Assembly: GCA_027618515.1 (NCBI GenBank)
Contig: JAQCEV010000004.1
Location: forward strand, 355 to 64,354
Origin: Chloroflexota bacterium
Lineage (GTDB): Bacteria > Chloroflexota > Dehalococcoidia > Lucifugimonadales > Australimonadaceae
Reading direction: 5' to 3'
DNA length: 64,000 bases
Made by a program: the position numbers and the translations under genes. The notes under the pieces were generated by a model, which saw only the letters and a list, made by a program, of their open reading frames with translations, did not search any database and was not told the DNA's origin. Below are positions 38,985-48,491 of the stretch, in pieces (position 1 is the stretch's first letter; each line of letters starts with the position of its first letter).

Positions 38985-39767
38985 CTAAAACATAGTCATT
39001 TGTTGTGAAGGCGGCTCGTCCGCCTTTTCCTGATCTGGCCCCGGTCCAGGCTCAAGCTCCGGCTCGTCTATCGCTGGCTCCGACTCGGCTATCACTTCCG
39101 GTGCTGCCGCGACCACGGTCGCCGATATATCCGGCAAGACCTCAGCCAGCGACTCCGATGCGGCGTTTATCTCGACTGGCGCCACCGGTACGGGCGCCTG
39201 GGCTGGCGATTCTGCGTCACCAAGCTCAGCGAGCAACTCACCCAATTTGGCGAAATCTTCCTCGATGGTTGATCTCAGCCCTCCGTTGTGGAGCGCTGCG
39301 GCTGGATGGTACAGCGGGAACAGCGTGATGCCGTCGAACACCTTGGGCTGGGCCCGCAACTTGCCGATCGCCTCACCGGGGAACCAGCGCGCAAGCGCGT
39401 GGCGGCCTAGCGGCACGATGATCTTCGGCGCAATCTCGGCGATCTGCTCATCGAGGTAGTGCCTGCAGGCCTCCGTCTCCTCAGGGAGTGGATCGCGATT
39501 GTTGGGTGGGCGACACTTCACCATATTGGTGATGAACACGTCCTCCCGGCGCAAGCCGATGGACTCCAGCAAGTGAGTAAGGAACTTGCCAGCCGCGCCT
39601 ATGAAGGGGCGCCCCTGTTTATCTTCGTTCAGGCCAGGGCCTTCGCCGACGAACATGATCCCGGCGTGCGCGGATCCCTCGCCAGGCACCGCGTTGATGC
39701 GCTCCTGGCACAGGTCACAATCCTGGCACGTCGTGATCGCCTGGTGGATGACGTCCAAGCCAGCCAA
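38985..39767 (-). CDS. Uracil-DNA glycosylase, family 4 (Fe-S), with an acidic/Pro-rich tail
   Basis: CQDCDLC, GEGPG..ED..GRPF, VKCRPP and YHPAA motifs; TTG start inferred from the RBS. Confidence 0.9.
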   Translation of the reverse strand: MAGLDVIHQAITTCQDCDLCQERINAVPGEGSAHAGIMFVGEGPGLNEDKQGRPFIGAAGKFLTHLLESIGLRREDVFITNMVKCRPPNNRDPLPEETEACRHYLDEQIAEIAPKIIVPLGRHALARWFPGEAIGKLRAQPKVFDGITLFPLYHPAAALHNGGLRSTIEEDFAKLGELLAELGDAESPAQAPVPVAPVEINAASESLAEVLPDISATVVAAAPEVIAESEPAIDEPELEPGPGPDQEKADEPPSQQMTMF

Positions 39768-39789
39768 TGGTCGATCCTCTTGGCGGGTG

Positions 39790-40047
39790 CTAGTCCGTGT
39801 AGCCCTTGCCCTTGATGAAATCGACCGCGCTCTGGATGGTCCGGATGCTTTCGGCGTCCTCATCGGAGATCTTCAGAGGCTCGTCGCCGTCAGCGAACTC
39901 CTCTTCGAACGCCATGATGAGCTCAACCAAGTCCAGCGAATCTGCGTTGAGGTCGTCGACGAACGACGCATCTGGCACGACTGCTGCCTCATCCGCACCG
40001 AGGCGGTCTATAACTACTGCTTTAACTCTATCGAGGACACTCGCCAT
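39790..40047 (-). CDS. acpP: Acyl carrier protein
   Basis: [20 protein letters not shown]. Confidence 0.95.
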   Translation of the reverse strand: MASVLDRVKAVVIDRLGADEAAVVPDASFVDDLNADSLDLVELIMAFEEEFADGDEPLKISDEDAESIRTIQSAVDFIKGKGYTD

Positions 40048-40055
40048 GGGGTCTC

Positions 40056-40529
40056 CTAATCAGTTGATCTTTCATTCGTGGAGTCCAGCCCTTCGAGGGT
40101 TGCTCCCAACACACCGTTGACGAAGCGTGAAGACGCTGCGCCACCGAATTCCTTTGCCAATTCTACCGCTTCGTTGATCGCGACCTTCGGTGGAATGTCT
40201 GATCCGGGAAGCAACTCGAAAATCGCTAGCCTGAGCACGTTGCGATCCACGAGCGATAGCTGATTCACCGGCCACATCGGCGCGTTGATCGAGATCAACT
40301 CGTCGATGTGCGACATGGACGCTAGTACGCCCTCAACGACTGCGGTCGCCATCTCGATCACGTGATCCGACGACTCCGTCGCCTCAGCGTGGGTTGCAAG
40401 CGACGCACGCCAAGGGTGACCCGACACGTCGACTTCGTACAGCACCTGGAGCGCAAGGACACGCGCCCTGTGTTGTTGGGTCTTGGGCTTCTTCGCCCGG
40501 CGGCCCGCAGGCGTTGTTCGTGTTTCCAT
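40056..40529 (-). CDS. nusB: Transcription antitermination factor NusB
   Basis: [27 protein letters not shown] and FVNGVL motifs. Confidence 0.95.
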   Translation of the reverse strand: METRTTPAGRRAKKPKTQQHRARVLALQVLYEVDVSGHPWRASLATHAEATESSDHVIEMATAVVEGVLASMSHIDELISINAPMWPVNQLSLVDRNVLRLAIFELLPGSDIPPKVAINEAVELAKEFGGAASSRFVNGVLGATLEGLDSTNERSTD

Positions 40530-40544
40530 GTCTACCTGCGCAGC

Positions 40545-41468
40545 TTACGTCAGGGCGCCGAGAGCGTCTAGGTCTCCGATTGCTACCGTCTCCGCTCCTG
40601 GCGCGATGCGCTTGGCCAGGCCAGTCAGCACCTTGCCGGGGCCGATCTCCACGTAGCGCTCCACACCGTTCGCTGCCATGTACTCGATGGTTTGCTGCCA
40701 GTAGACGCACCCACAGAGTTGGTCGGCTAGCTCACCACGGATGTCGTCAGCGTTCACCAACGGAGTTGCTGTCGTGTTGCAGATCACTGGCACTGCCGGT
40801 GCCACGAATGCGGTCTCAGCGAACAGGCGATCCATCTCGTCCTGCGCGGGTCGCATGACCTCGGTGTGGAATGCGCCTGCCACGTCCAGCGGCAGCGCCC
40901 GTCGTGCGCCCGCCTCCTTGGCTCGCTCGATCGCCGCATCTAGCGCAGCCCTGGGCCCCGCGATGACGATCTGCAGTTCGCTGTTCGCGTTGGCCACCTG
41001 AGCGCCCGTGCCCTCGCAAGCCGCGAGGGCCGCGTCCAGCGCCAGCCCGATGAGTGCGGCCATCCCACTGGGAGTGGCCTCTGCTGCCGCCTGCATCAGC
41101 TCACCTCGGCGGCGCACCAGACGTAGAGCCTGCGCGAAGTCCAACGAGCCCACTGCTACGAGCGCGGTGTACTCCCCGAGACTATGGCCGGCAACGAACG
41201 ACGGCTTGGGCATCGCATCGCCCATGCGCTCTTCGAGTGCACGAAGCAACGCGACGCTTGCGGTTAGAATCGCTGGCTGGGCATTGTGGGATCGGACCAA
41301 CTCGTCGGCTGGCCCTTCAAGGATGATCTTGCTCAGGCTCGTGCCCAGAACATCATCAGCTTCGTCGAACACCGCCTTGGCGGCGGCGGACGCACCGACA
41401 ACGTCGGCAGCCATACCGACCTCTTGGGCACCCTGGCCAGGGAACAGGAACGCAGTGATATCACTCAT
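40545..41468 (-). CDS. fabD: Malonyl-CoA:ACP transacylase
   Basis: FPGQGAQ, GHSLGE and AFH motifs. Confidence 0.95.
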   Translation of the reverse strand: MSDITAFLFPGQGAQEVGMAADVVGASAAAKAVFDEADDVLGTSLSKIILEGPADELVRSHNAQPAILTASVALLRALEERMGDAMPKPSFVAGHSLGEYTALVAVGSLDFAQALRLVRRRGELMQAAAEATPSGMAALIGLALDAALAACEGTGAQVANANSELQIVIAGPRAALDAAIERAKEAGARRALPLDVAGAFHTEVMRPAQDEMDRLFAETAFVAPAVPVICNTTATPLVNADDIRGELADQLCGCVYWQQTIEYMAANGVERYVEIGPGKVLTGLAKRIAPGAETVAIGDLDALGALT

Positions 41469-41583
41469 GGATAACTCGAATCACGCCTGCTCGCAGGTGC
41501 GGCATGGCAAGGATCTACACCTGACTCGAAGTCGGTGGTAAATATAACTTGCCCCCGGAATAAATATTCCAGGGGCGGGATAT

Positions 41584-41772
41584 TTAGGCGAGTTCGGTCT
41601 CGGCGTTCAGGACGTCACGACCGCGGTAGAAACCGCAGGCCGGGCACGCGTGGTGCAGCCTCATCGGGCGGTGGCAGTGCGAGCACTCCACCACATGAGG
41701 AAGGGTGATCGCCTGATGGGCGCGGTGAGATCGGGTACTGGCCTTGGAACGCTTACGCTTTGGTACTGGCAT
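41584..41772 (-). CDS. rpmF: 50S ribosomal protein L32
   Basis: MPVPKRK..., CxxC...CxxCGFYRG. Confidence 0.95.
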   Translation of the reverse strand: MPVPKRKRSKASTRSHRAHQAITLPHVVECSHCHRPMRLHHACPACGFYRGRDVLNAETELA

Positions 41773-41775
41773 GAA

Positions 41776-42297
41776 CTATCTCAACAACTCTCGTAACTTT
41801 TCCCATCGGGGGTCTAACTCATCTTCACAGTCATGGGTGTTCTCATTGAGATCCACCCCGCACTGCGCACAGATTCCCTGGCAATCTTCCCTGCACAGCG
41901 GAGCCAGCAGGAGGCCGGCCAACCGATACTGTTGCAACGTCTCGGTGAGGTCCAGATCGTGATGATCGTCGATGCTAGCCGTATCTGCATCATCTGCATC
42001 ACGGTCCTCGACGCGAACACGAGCGCCCGTGGCCAGATCGACCTTGGGCAGGTACTCGTCGTCGATCTGCGCCGGAACGATGTACTCCATCGGCTTCAAG
42101 CACCGCGAGCACTCGCTAGACACCACGATCTCGGCGGGCCCTGAGACCCACACCCCTCGGTCGGTCTTGGTGAGTTTCAACTCTCCAGTAACCGTGCCGA
42201 GCACCGACTGATCCGAGTCCAGCAACGGGCCTTCTAGGTCAGCTGACCGGGCCGCCCCCACTGTCTCTTTGAGAAGCTGAGCGACGTTGACCTTCAT
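41776..42297 (-). CDS. DUF177/YceD family protein
   Basis: CSRCL, LCREDCQGIC..CG and DPRW motifs; upstream of rpmF. Confidence 0.9.
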   Translation of the reverse strand: MKVNVAQLLKETVGAARSADLEGPLLDSDQSVLGTVTGELKLTKTDRGVWVSGPAEIVVSSECSRCLKPMEYIVPAQIDDEYLPKVDLATGARVRVEDRDADDADTASIDDHHDLDLTETLQQYRLAGLLLAPLCREDCQGICAQCGVDLNENTHDCEDELDPRWEKLRELLR

Positions 42298-42368
42298 CTC
42301 CGACACGCTCCACCTCCGCGCAACCCGAATAGTGTACGCCAATAGAACCCCATGAGGCTAGCCTCTCC

Positions 42369-42776
42369 CTACGCCTGCCCTCGCTGATACGCTGCGATCG
42401 CGGCTTCGATGGCTGCACGGATGTCCTCCGTACGAGCGCCGGGGCCAAAGATGGCGACGACCCCCATCTCCAAAAGCGCCGCTCGATCATGCTCTGGGAT
42501 GATGCCCCCAAGGGCCACCGGCACGGTGTCCATGCCACGATTCGCGAGCGCATCCATCACACGCGGTACCAACTCCATGTGCGCCCCTGACAGGATGCTT
42601 AGTCCCACTAGTTCGGCGCCAAACTCCTCGGCGTGAACGGCGATCTCCTCCGGCGTGCGACGGATCCCCGTGTAATCCACCTCGAACCCCGCATCGCGCA
42701 GCGAACGAACCACCATCCGCGCGCCGCGGTCATGGCCATCAAGCCCTGGTTTCGCGATCAGTATCTTGCCTGCCAC
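42369..42776 (-). CDS. Cobalamin-binding subunit of an acyl-CoA (methylmalonyl-CoA) mutase
   Basis: KPGLDGHDRG, GLSILSGAH and GGIIP motifs. Confidence 0.92.
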   Translation of the reverse strand: MAGKILIAKPGLDGHDRGARMVVRSLRDAGFEVDYTGIRRTPEEIAVHAEEFGAELVGLSILSGAHMELVPRVMDALANRGMDTVPVALGGIIPEHDRAALLEMGVVAIFGPGARTEDIRAAIEAAIAAYQRGQA

Positions 42777-42778
42777 GC

Positions 42779-43207
42779 CTAGTGCTCGTCTCTCGGCTTC
42801 ACGATCTCGATCAGCACACCATGCGTCGACGATGGGTGCGTGAACGCGATGCGACCGCCTAGCCCTTCGCGTGGGCCCACGATGATGGGAATGCCTAGCG
42901 CCTCAAGCTCCTTCGCCTTTGCGTCAGTGTCCTCGACCGTGAACGCCATGTGGTGGATGCCCTCGCCATGATTCGTGATGAACTTCCCGATGGCGGTGTC
43001 CGCGTGGAGCGGCTGCAGCAACTCGATGTGCGTTTCTCCCTGGTGGATGAATGCCGCGATCAACCCGTGCTCCTCGCTCCTGATCAACTCAGCGTCGGGC
43101 GAGTCGTACAGATCCCGGAATTGCTTCAACGATGCCTTGAGGTCAACGGTGGCGATCCCTATGTGGTTGATCGCACCGACTTTGGTGTTCGGGGTGAATA
43201 GCGTCAC
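42779..43207 (-). CDS. mce: Methylmalonyl-CoA epimerase (VOC family)
   Basis: HIGIA, IELLQP, GEGIHHMAF and GVLIEI motifs; adjacent to the B12-binding subunit. Confidence 0.85.
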   Translation of the reverse strand: MTLFTPNTKVGAINHIGIATVDLKASLKQFRDLYDSPDAELIRSEEHGLIAAFIHQGETHIELLQPLHADTAIGKFITNHGEGIHHMAFTVEDTDAKAKELEALGIPIIVGPREGLGGRIAFTHPSSTHGVLIEIVKPRDEH

Positions 43208-43445
43208 GGTTGCTCCTGAAGAACTTACTTGCCTCGGCCATAGGGGCGAGAGAGGTCGCGATCTAACAGACCGCAGAAGCATGGTATCGCTGAGAGCAAC
43301 TGCCCGAAAGTACTAGAGAACCACCCACTATTGGACTCTGTGTAACCGAGAGCCCGCCGCCACAATGTCATAAGGAGCAGTGCCTGGAGCCTAGACCAGT
43401 CTTGTTCCGACAGAGGGATACACCCTGTTTGCGCGAGGGTGTGTT

Positions 43446-43886
43446 TTGGATATTCGGACGATCGGCGGTACAAAGCGACGGATTTTCATCTCGTTCGACT
43501 CCGAACGGGATCGTCCTGTGCGCGACTATTTTTACAACCAGGGGCGCCGGGACGACGCTACTTGGATCGTGAAGAGTTGGTCCGAACCGTTTGCAGACGA
43601 CAGCACGGGGATGTGGATCTCCCAGACCACTGGTCGGATCAAGCAGGCCGAGGTGGTAGTCGTGTTACTGGGCCCCACTGCGTTCCGTTGCCCGGGCGTT
43701 CTCAAGGAAGTAACCATCGCCCAGATGTTGGGTAAGAGGATCTACCAGATCATCCCGCACGGAGGGGGTTCCCCCAACGTCATCCCTAACGCTGGCCGGG
43801 TGCTTCGCTGGGAATGGGACAACATCAAACGAGCCATTGCCGCGTCTCCCGCTCGCTGGAACACTGCGAGGCAGGTCAGGCTATGA
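43446..43886 (+). CDS. TIR-like domain protein (DUF1863/MTH538, ThsB-like)
   Basis: RRIFISFD, I..A.VVVVLLG..A...GV..E...A...GK pattern. Confidence 0.75.
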   Translation: MDIRTIGGTKRRIFISFDSERDRPVRDYFYNQGRRDDATWIVKSWSEPFADDSTGMWISQTTGRIKQAEVVVVLLGPTAFRCPGVLKEVTIAQMLGKRIYQIIPHGGGSPNVIPNAGRVLRWEWDNIKRAIAASPARWNTARQVRL

Positions 43887-43941
43887 ACTAGGTGCCGAAG
43901 AGTGGCACTCCTTCCCTGCCGGAGGAGACCGCTTGTGCGTG

Positions 43942-43970
43942 GAAGGGGCGTCCGAGAGGGCGCCCCTTCT
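43942..43970. terminator. Hairpin between the TIR gene and yebC (convergent)
   Basis: GAAGGGGCGTCC-GAGA-GGGCGCCCCTTC. Confidence 0.6.
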
Positions 43971-44042
43971 GTATTAAGCCATGGATGAGTGGTGCCGGAT
44001 CACAGGTCGAGTGGCAGCCAGCGGGTGCAAGGCATCGCCCAG

Positions 44043-44801
44043 CTAGGCTCCGTATTCTGCGAGCGCCTCTTCGGGGAAGTCAGCGTTCGTGTAGACCTCT
44101 TGGATGTCGTCCAGTTCCTCGATCTTGTCGATCAGGCGCATCGTCTGGCCGGCTCTGCCAACGTCGAGCTCCATGAACGTTGTCGGCAGCATGGTCACGA
44201 CCGCGTTTGAGGGCTCTAGGCCTTGCGCCTTCACGCACTCCATGAGGGCCTGAAGCGACGAAGGCGGTCCGGTGATCTCCAGGCTGCCTTCCTCTGACTT
44301 GAAGTCGTCGGCACCGGCGTCGATGGCGGCCAGTTCGACTTCCTCGGCCTGCTCGTCGCTAACGTCATCAACGGAGATGACGGCCTTGGACTCGAACATC
44401 CAGCCCACTGAGCCGGACTCGCCAAGGTTGCCTCCTGCTTTGGAGAACGTCGAACGAACTTCGGCTGCGGTGCGGTTGCGGTTGTCGGTGAGGGCCATCA
44501 GCATGATGGCGGCGCCACCTGGGCCGTACCCCTCGTAGGTGATCTCTTCGAAGGTGGTGCCATCCGAACCGATGCCGAGGCCCTTCTTGATGGCCCGGTC
44601 GATGTTCTCCGAAGGCATATTGGCGGCCTTCCCCTTCTCTATGATCAGCCGTAGCCGGAAGTTCATCGCGGGGTCGCCACTGTTACCTGCGCGCGTCGCG
44701 ACAGTGACCTCCCTAGCGAGCCTCGTGAAGACGGCGCCGCGTTTGGCGTCGATCCCTGCCTTCTTGTGCTTGATCGTTGACCACTTGGAATGTCCTGACA
44801 T
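44043..44801 (-). CDS. yebC: YebC/PmpR family protein
   Basis: MSGHSKWSTIKHKK, YEGYGPGG and TDNRNRT motifs. Confidence 0.95.
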   Translation of the reverse strand: MSGHSKWSTIKHKKAGIDAKRGAVFTRLAREVTVATRAGNSGDPAMNFRLRLIIEKGKAANMPSENIDRAIKKGLGIGSDGTTFEEITYEGYGPGGAAIMLMALTDNRNRTAAEVRSTFSKAGGNLGESGSVGWMFESKAVISVDDVSDEQAEEVELAAIDAGADDFKSEEGSLEITGPPSSLQALMECVKAQGLEPSNAVVTMLPTTFMELDVGRAGQTMRLIDKIEELDDIQEVYTNADFPEEALAEYGA

Positions 44802-44898
44802 CGCTCACCACCTATATGGAATCTAGGCTGCCGCCTGGTTCCCCAATGGTACCAAGTTCTGCGCCCAAAGTCGGCAGCAGAGATACGTGGGCTGCCAG

Positions 44899-45567
44899 CT
44901 AAGCTGAAGCAGCAGGCGCGCTGGGCGGTCGTTTTGGCCTTGGTGTCCGTCGGCGAACAGGCTTATTTTTGACCTTCGGGACGGTCGACCGTGGTTCGAT
45001 GCCCTCCGGCACGTCAACGGTCATCCGAGCGTTCGCGACGTCCACGTCGAGAACCACATAGGCCAGCGCCGGAATCATCAACTCTGACCCCTCGGCGGTC
45101 ACCACGTACACGTCGTTCGCGCCGGTGGAGATCACCTCCGTGAGCGTGCCCAACTCCAAGCCTGTCGGGTCGACGACCGTCATGTCGAGAAGTTGATAGT
45201 GGTAGTACGTGTCCTCCGGGAGCGGAGGCACAGCATCGGTTGCACCGAGTACGGGTTGGTTGACCAGCGCGGCTGCCTGCTCGCGGGTCGTAAGTTCGTT
45301 GACCGTTACGATCAGGACTTGTCCGCCCGCTGCGTTGGTGACGTGCGCCACCGTGTAAGGCGCTTCGCTGATGATCAGCGTGCTTCCGGGGGCGAAGCGT
45401 TCGGGACTATCCGTTTCGGGGTCGACGCGGAGACGCCCATCGGTACCGTGGGTGCCGACAACGCTACCAACCCGGACATGTCCGTCCAGTTGAATACCGG
45501 GCTCGGGCATGTTGACCTCTGTCGAGTCTGGCTCAGGGGAATCTGAAGGAGATGATTGATTGGCCAT
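44899..45567 (-). CDS. rimM: Ribosome maturation factor RimM
   Basis: G.VVGTHG..G, YYHYQL and TGANDVYVV motifs; follows rpsP-khpA. Confidence 0.9.
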   Translation of the reverse strand: MANQSSPSDSPEPDSTEVNMPEPGIQLDGHVRVGSVVGTHGTDGRLRVDPETDSPERFAPGSTLIISEAPYTVAHVTNAAGGQVLIVTVNELTTREQAAALVNQPVLGATDAVPPLPEDTYYHYQLLDMTVVDPTGLELGTLTEVISTGANDVYVVTAEGSELMIPALAYVVLDVDVANARMTVDVPEGIEPRSTVPKVKNKPVRRRTPRPKRPPSAPAASA

Positions 45568-45591
45568 AGGGCCGACGGGCCTGGGGCCCGG

Positions 45592-45822
45592 CTAGACGAT
45601 CTCTAGAGTGACTCGGGAGTCGTCTTTGATCGCGGCGACTCGAAGCAGGACGCGCATCGCCTGGGCCACACGACCCTGGCGCCCAATCACCTTCCCCTTG
45701 TCGTCCGCGTGAACCTCAAGGCGAATGATGATGTGTCCATCATCTTCAACCTCTTCGGTCACCTTGACGTCGTCAGGGTTGGTCGCGATGGATCTGGCGA
45801 TGTACTCGACCAGTTCCTTCAT
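45592..45822 (-). CDS. khpA: KH-domain RNA-binding protein KhpA
   Basis: DKGKVIGRQGR motif; lies between rpsP and rimM. Confidence 0.9.
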   Translation of the reverse strand: MKELVEYIARSIATNPDDVKVTEEVEDDGHIIIRLEVHADDKGKVIGRQGRVAQAMRVLLRVAAIKDDSRVTLEIV

Positions 45823-46088
45823 TACGCTTCGGCCGGCTCCGGAGTCTTTGCGGACGCGTTCTGACGATCCAGCAAGCGCTGGACGGTGTCAGAGGGCTTG
45901 GCGCCAACGCCGAGCCACTTCTGGACCTTCACGTTGTCGATAACAACAGTCGCGGGGTCGGTGAGCGGGTTGTAGATACCAACCTGCTCGACGATCGCGC
46001 CATCACGGGGCGACCGGGCATCCGCTACCACGATCCGGTAACTGGGTTGCTTCTTCTTGCCTACACGGAACAATCGGATTCGTAGCAT
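45822..46088 (-). CDS. rpsP: 30S ribosomal protein S16
   Basis: LRIRL.R.GKKKQPSYRIVVADARSPRDG. Confidence 0.97.
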   Translation of the reverse strand: MLRIRLFRVGKKKQPSYRIVVADARSPRDGAIVEQVGIYNPLTDPATVVIDNVKVQKWLGVGAKPSDTVQRLLDRQNASAKTPEPAEA

Positions 46089-46186
46089 CGGGGACGCGCC
46101 TCGCACCTGACTCTGCTGATTCTTTACTAGCCGGTGAATTCTACCATAGTGGCAAGCTCAGGTCGCGCAAGGCCCGTGATACCAGT

Positions 46187-46912
46187 TCATTGACCCGATG
46201 AGAGCCTGCTGATCAAGGCCTCCGGGAGGCCGACATCCGCCATCGCCCTTTGCGTCGCGCTGATGTCGTACCACACGCGATGCAGGTAGACCATCCGCGC
46301 ATCATCGTCGTAGATCGCGTACGCCGCCCGCGGGTCGCTGTCGCGAGGCTGGCCCACGCTGCCAGGGTTGATCACAAGCCTCGCGTGCCCGAGAGGCATC
46401 GCGAGCCCGTTTGGCCCTGGATGCTCGACTCCCCGTCCAGCTTCCACTGCGAATTGGAAGTGCGTGTGGCCCACCAGCACGTCGGAAGAGTCCGTGCGCT
46501 CCCAGGCTTCGACCGCCTGCCCGTAGGAGATCAGATAATCCCAAAGCGGGCCCTTGGGCGACCCGTGAACCAGCAGGAATGAATCGTCAACCAATTCCTG
46601 TGGGAGATCCGCGAGGTACTGGATCGCATCGCTTGATAGCTGCTGCGCGGTCCAGCGCGAGGCTTCAGCCGCATAGAAGTTGAAGTCGTCCAGCCCGATA
46701 ATTCCCGCCACCGCAGCGTCGTGGTTGCCCTGGATGGAGACCGCGTGGCGCTCCCACAGCGCCTCCAGGCAGGCCATGGGTGCGGGGCCATAGCCGACAA
46801 TGTCACCGAGACACAGCACGCGCTCGACGGGCTCATGCTCCTCAGCGTCGGCGAAAACGGCGTTGAGGGCTTCGATGTTGGAGTGAATATCGCTGACGAC
46901 CAGGGTACGCAT
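46187..46912 (-). CDS. Metallophosphoesterase (YfcE/PrpA-like)
   Basis: SDIHSN, GDIVGY, GNHD, GHTH and NPGSVGQPRD motifs. Confidence 0.92.
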   Translation of the reverse strand: MRTLVVSDIHSNIEALNAVFADAEEHEPVERVLCLGDIVGYGPAPMACLEALWERHAVSIQGNHDAAVAGIIGLDDFNFYAAEASRWTAQQLSSDAIQYLADLPQELVDDSFLLVHGSPKGPLWDYLISYGQAVEAWERTDSSDVLVGHTHFQFAVEAGRGVEHPGPNGLAMPLGHARLVINPGSVGQPRDSDPRAAYAIYDDDARMVYLHRVWYDISATQRAMADVGLPEALISRLSSGQ

Positions 46913-46996
46913 ACAGGGATTCTACGCGCGTCGCGACCTATCCTAGGAGGAGCGATACCCGTAGGCCACTAGGGTGGACACGCGAGGAGGGTCAAG

Positions 46997-48394
46997 ATGA
47001 CGGACGAGAACACGCCAGAGGATCCTCAACGCCATTCCTCAGAGCCTGATCTTGGCCCCTCGACCGAGGTGGTCGCAGGGGCCAAAATCGCTGTGCTGTT
47101 GGAGCAGAACGAAGCTGAGGCGGCTGCGCAGGCGCTGGAGGCGCTACGCCCGGTGGACCAAGCGGCGGTCATCGGTCATCTGGCTAGCGCGCTGCGGCCG
47201 CTATTGATCGCGGTGTTGGACAGTGAGGCAACCTCACGCATCGTTGAGGAGATGCACCCAGAGGATGGAGCCGAGATCACGGCGCTCCTTTCGCCAGCGG
47301 ACGTCGCTGACGTCCTTGACCTGGTGAGCCCGGACACCGCCGCTGACTTGTTGCGGGCGATGCCGTATGAGGAAGCGCAAGGCGCGCTGACTGCGATGAC
47401 CCACTCCGAAGGCGTCGCGTCTCTGCTGGACTACGCGGACGACGTCGCTGGCGGTCGCATGACGACTGAATACGCAGCCGTACTTGCGGAGGTGACACCT
47501 GCGGTCGCGCTGGACGCGGTGAGCTTGATCAACGAAGAACATGGCGACGTGAGCACGATTTTCGTTGTTGACGCGGCGCGTCACCTCGTCGGGTGGGTGC
47601 GCCTCCGACGCTTGGCGCTGGCGCGTCCGAATCAGGTGGTCAGCGATCTCATGGAATCAGCCGTGTCCGTTGAAGCGTCCGAGGATCAAGAGGCGTGTGC
47701 CCGCCTGGTTGCGCGCTACGACCTCACCCAACTGCCGGTCACTGACGAAAGTGGCGTGTTGCTGGGCGTTATCCACGCGGACGAGCTACTGGACGTTGCT
47801 GCTGAGGAGGCGACCGAGGATATGTTCCGCATGGCGGGCATGCAGGGCGAACGGCTCTTTGGTTCCTTAGGCCGGTCCGTGAGGACGCGACTACCGTGGC
47901 TCACCCTGAATCTGCTCACCACATTTGCGGCAGCGGGCGTCATCAGCCTCTTCGAGGGCACCATCGAGCGCCTGGCGGTGCTTGCGATATTCCTCCCGGT
48001 CGTCGCGGGCCAGGGCGGGATCGCTGGGACGCAGACGCTGACCTTGGTCGTGCGTGGTATCGCGCTGGGTGAGATCACAGGGCGGGGCGCGCGCCGGATG
48101 CTCATCCGCGAATCGCTGCTGGGCGGGCTGCATGGCCTCTACCTTGCGCTGCTGGTGGGACTCGTCGGCCTCGTGTGGGTCGGCGAGCCGATCCTCGCGG
48201 TCGTGCTCGGTGTGGCGATGCTCGGCAATATGCTGGTCGCAGGCATCGTTGGCGCAGGTGTGCCACTCCTGCTGCGAGCGCTTCGCCAAGACCCCGCCGT
48301 CTCGTCGGCGGTGGTCGTCACGACCGCCACTGACATCGCTGGCTTCTTGCTGTTCCTGGGACTGGCGTCGCTGTTCATCGATCGCCTGGTCTGA
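46997..48394 (+). CDS. mgtE: Magnesium transporter MgtE
   Basis: MgtE-N domain, CBS pair, RLPWL, GQGGIAGTQ and DPA.SS...TT..D motifs. Confidence 0.93.
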   Translation: MTDENTPEDPQRHSSEPDLGPSTEVVAGAKIAVLLEQNEAEAAAQALEALRPVDQAAVIGHLASALRPLLIAVLDSEATSRIVEEMHPEDGAEITALLSPADVADVLDLVSPDTAADLLRAMPYEEAQGALTAMTHSEGVASLLDYADDVAGGRMTTEYAAVLAEVTPAVALDAVSLINEEHGDVSTIFVVDAARHLVGWVRLRRLALARPNQVVSDLMESAVSVEASEDQEACARLVARYDLTQLPVTDESGVLLGVIHADELLDVAAEEATEDMFRMAGMQGERLFGSLGRSVRTRLPWLTLNLLTTFAAAGVISLFEGTIERLAVLAIFLPVVAGQGGIAGTQTLTLVVRGIALGEITGRGARRMLIRESLLGGLHGLYLALLVGLVGLVWVGEPILAVVLGVAMLGNMLVAGIVGAGVPLLLRALRQDPAVSSAVVVTTATDIAGFLLFLGLASLFIDRLV

Positions 48395-48491
48395 TGGCCC
48401 GGTTTGAGCGGAGGCTCTGGGCTTGATAGCGGCCGACGTGGAATCCACCCGGCGATAGGCGATACTACTGCGGATATGACAGGAGGTTCAG

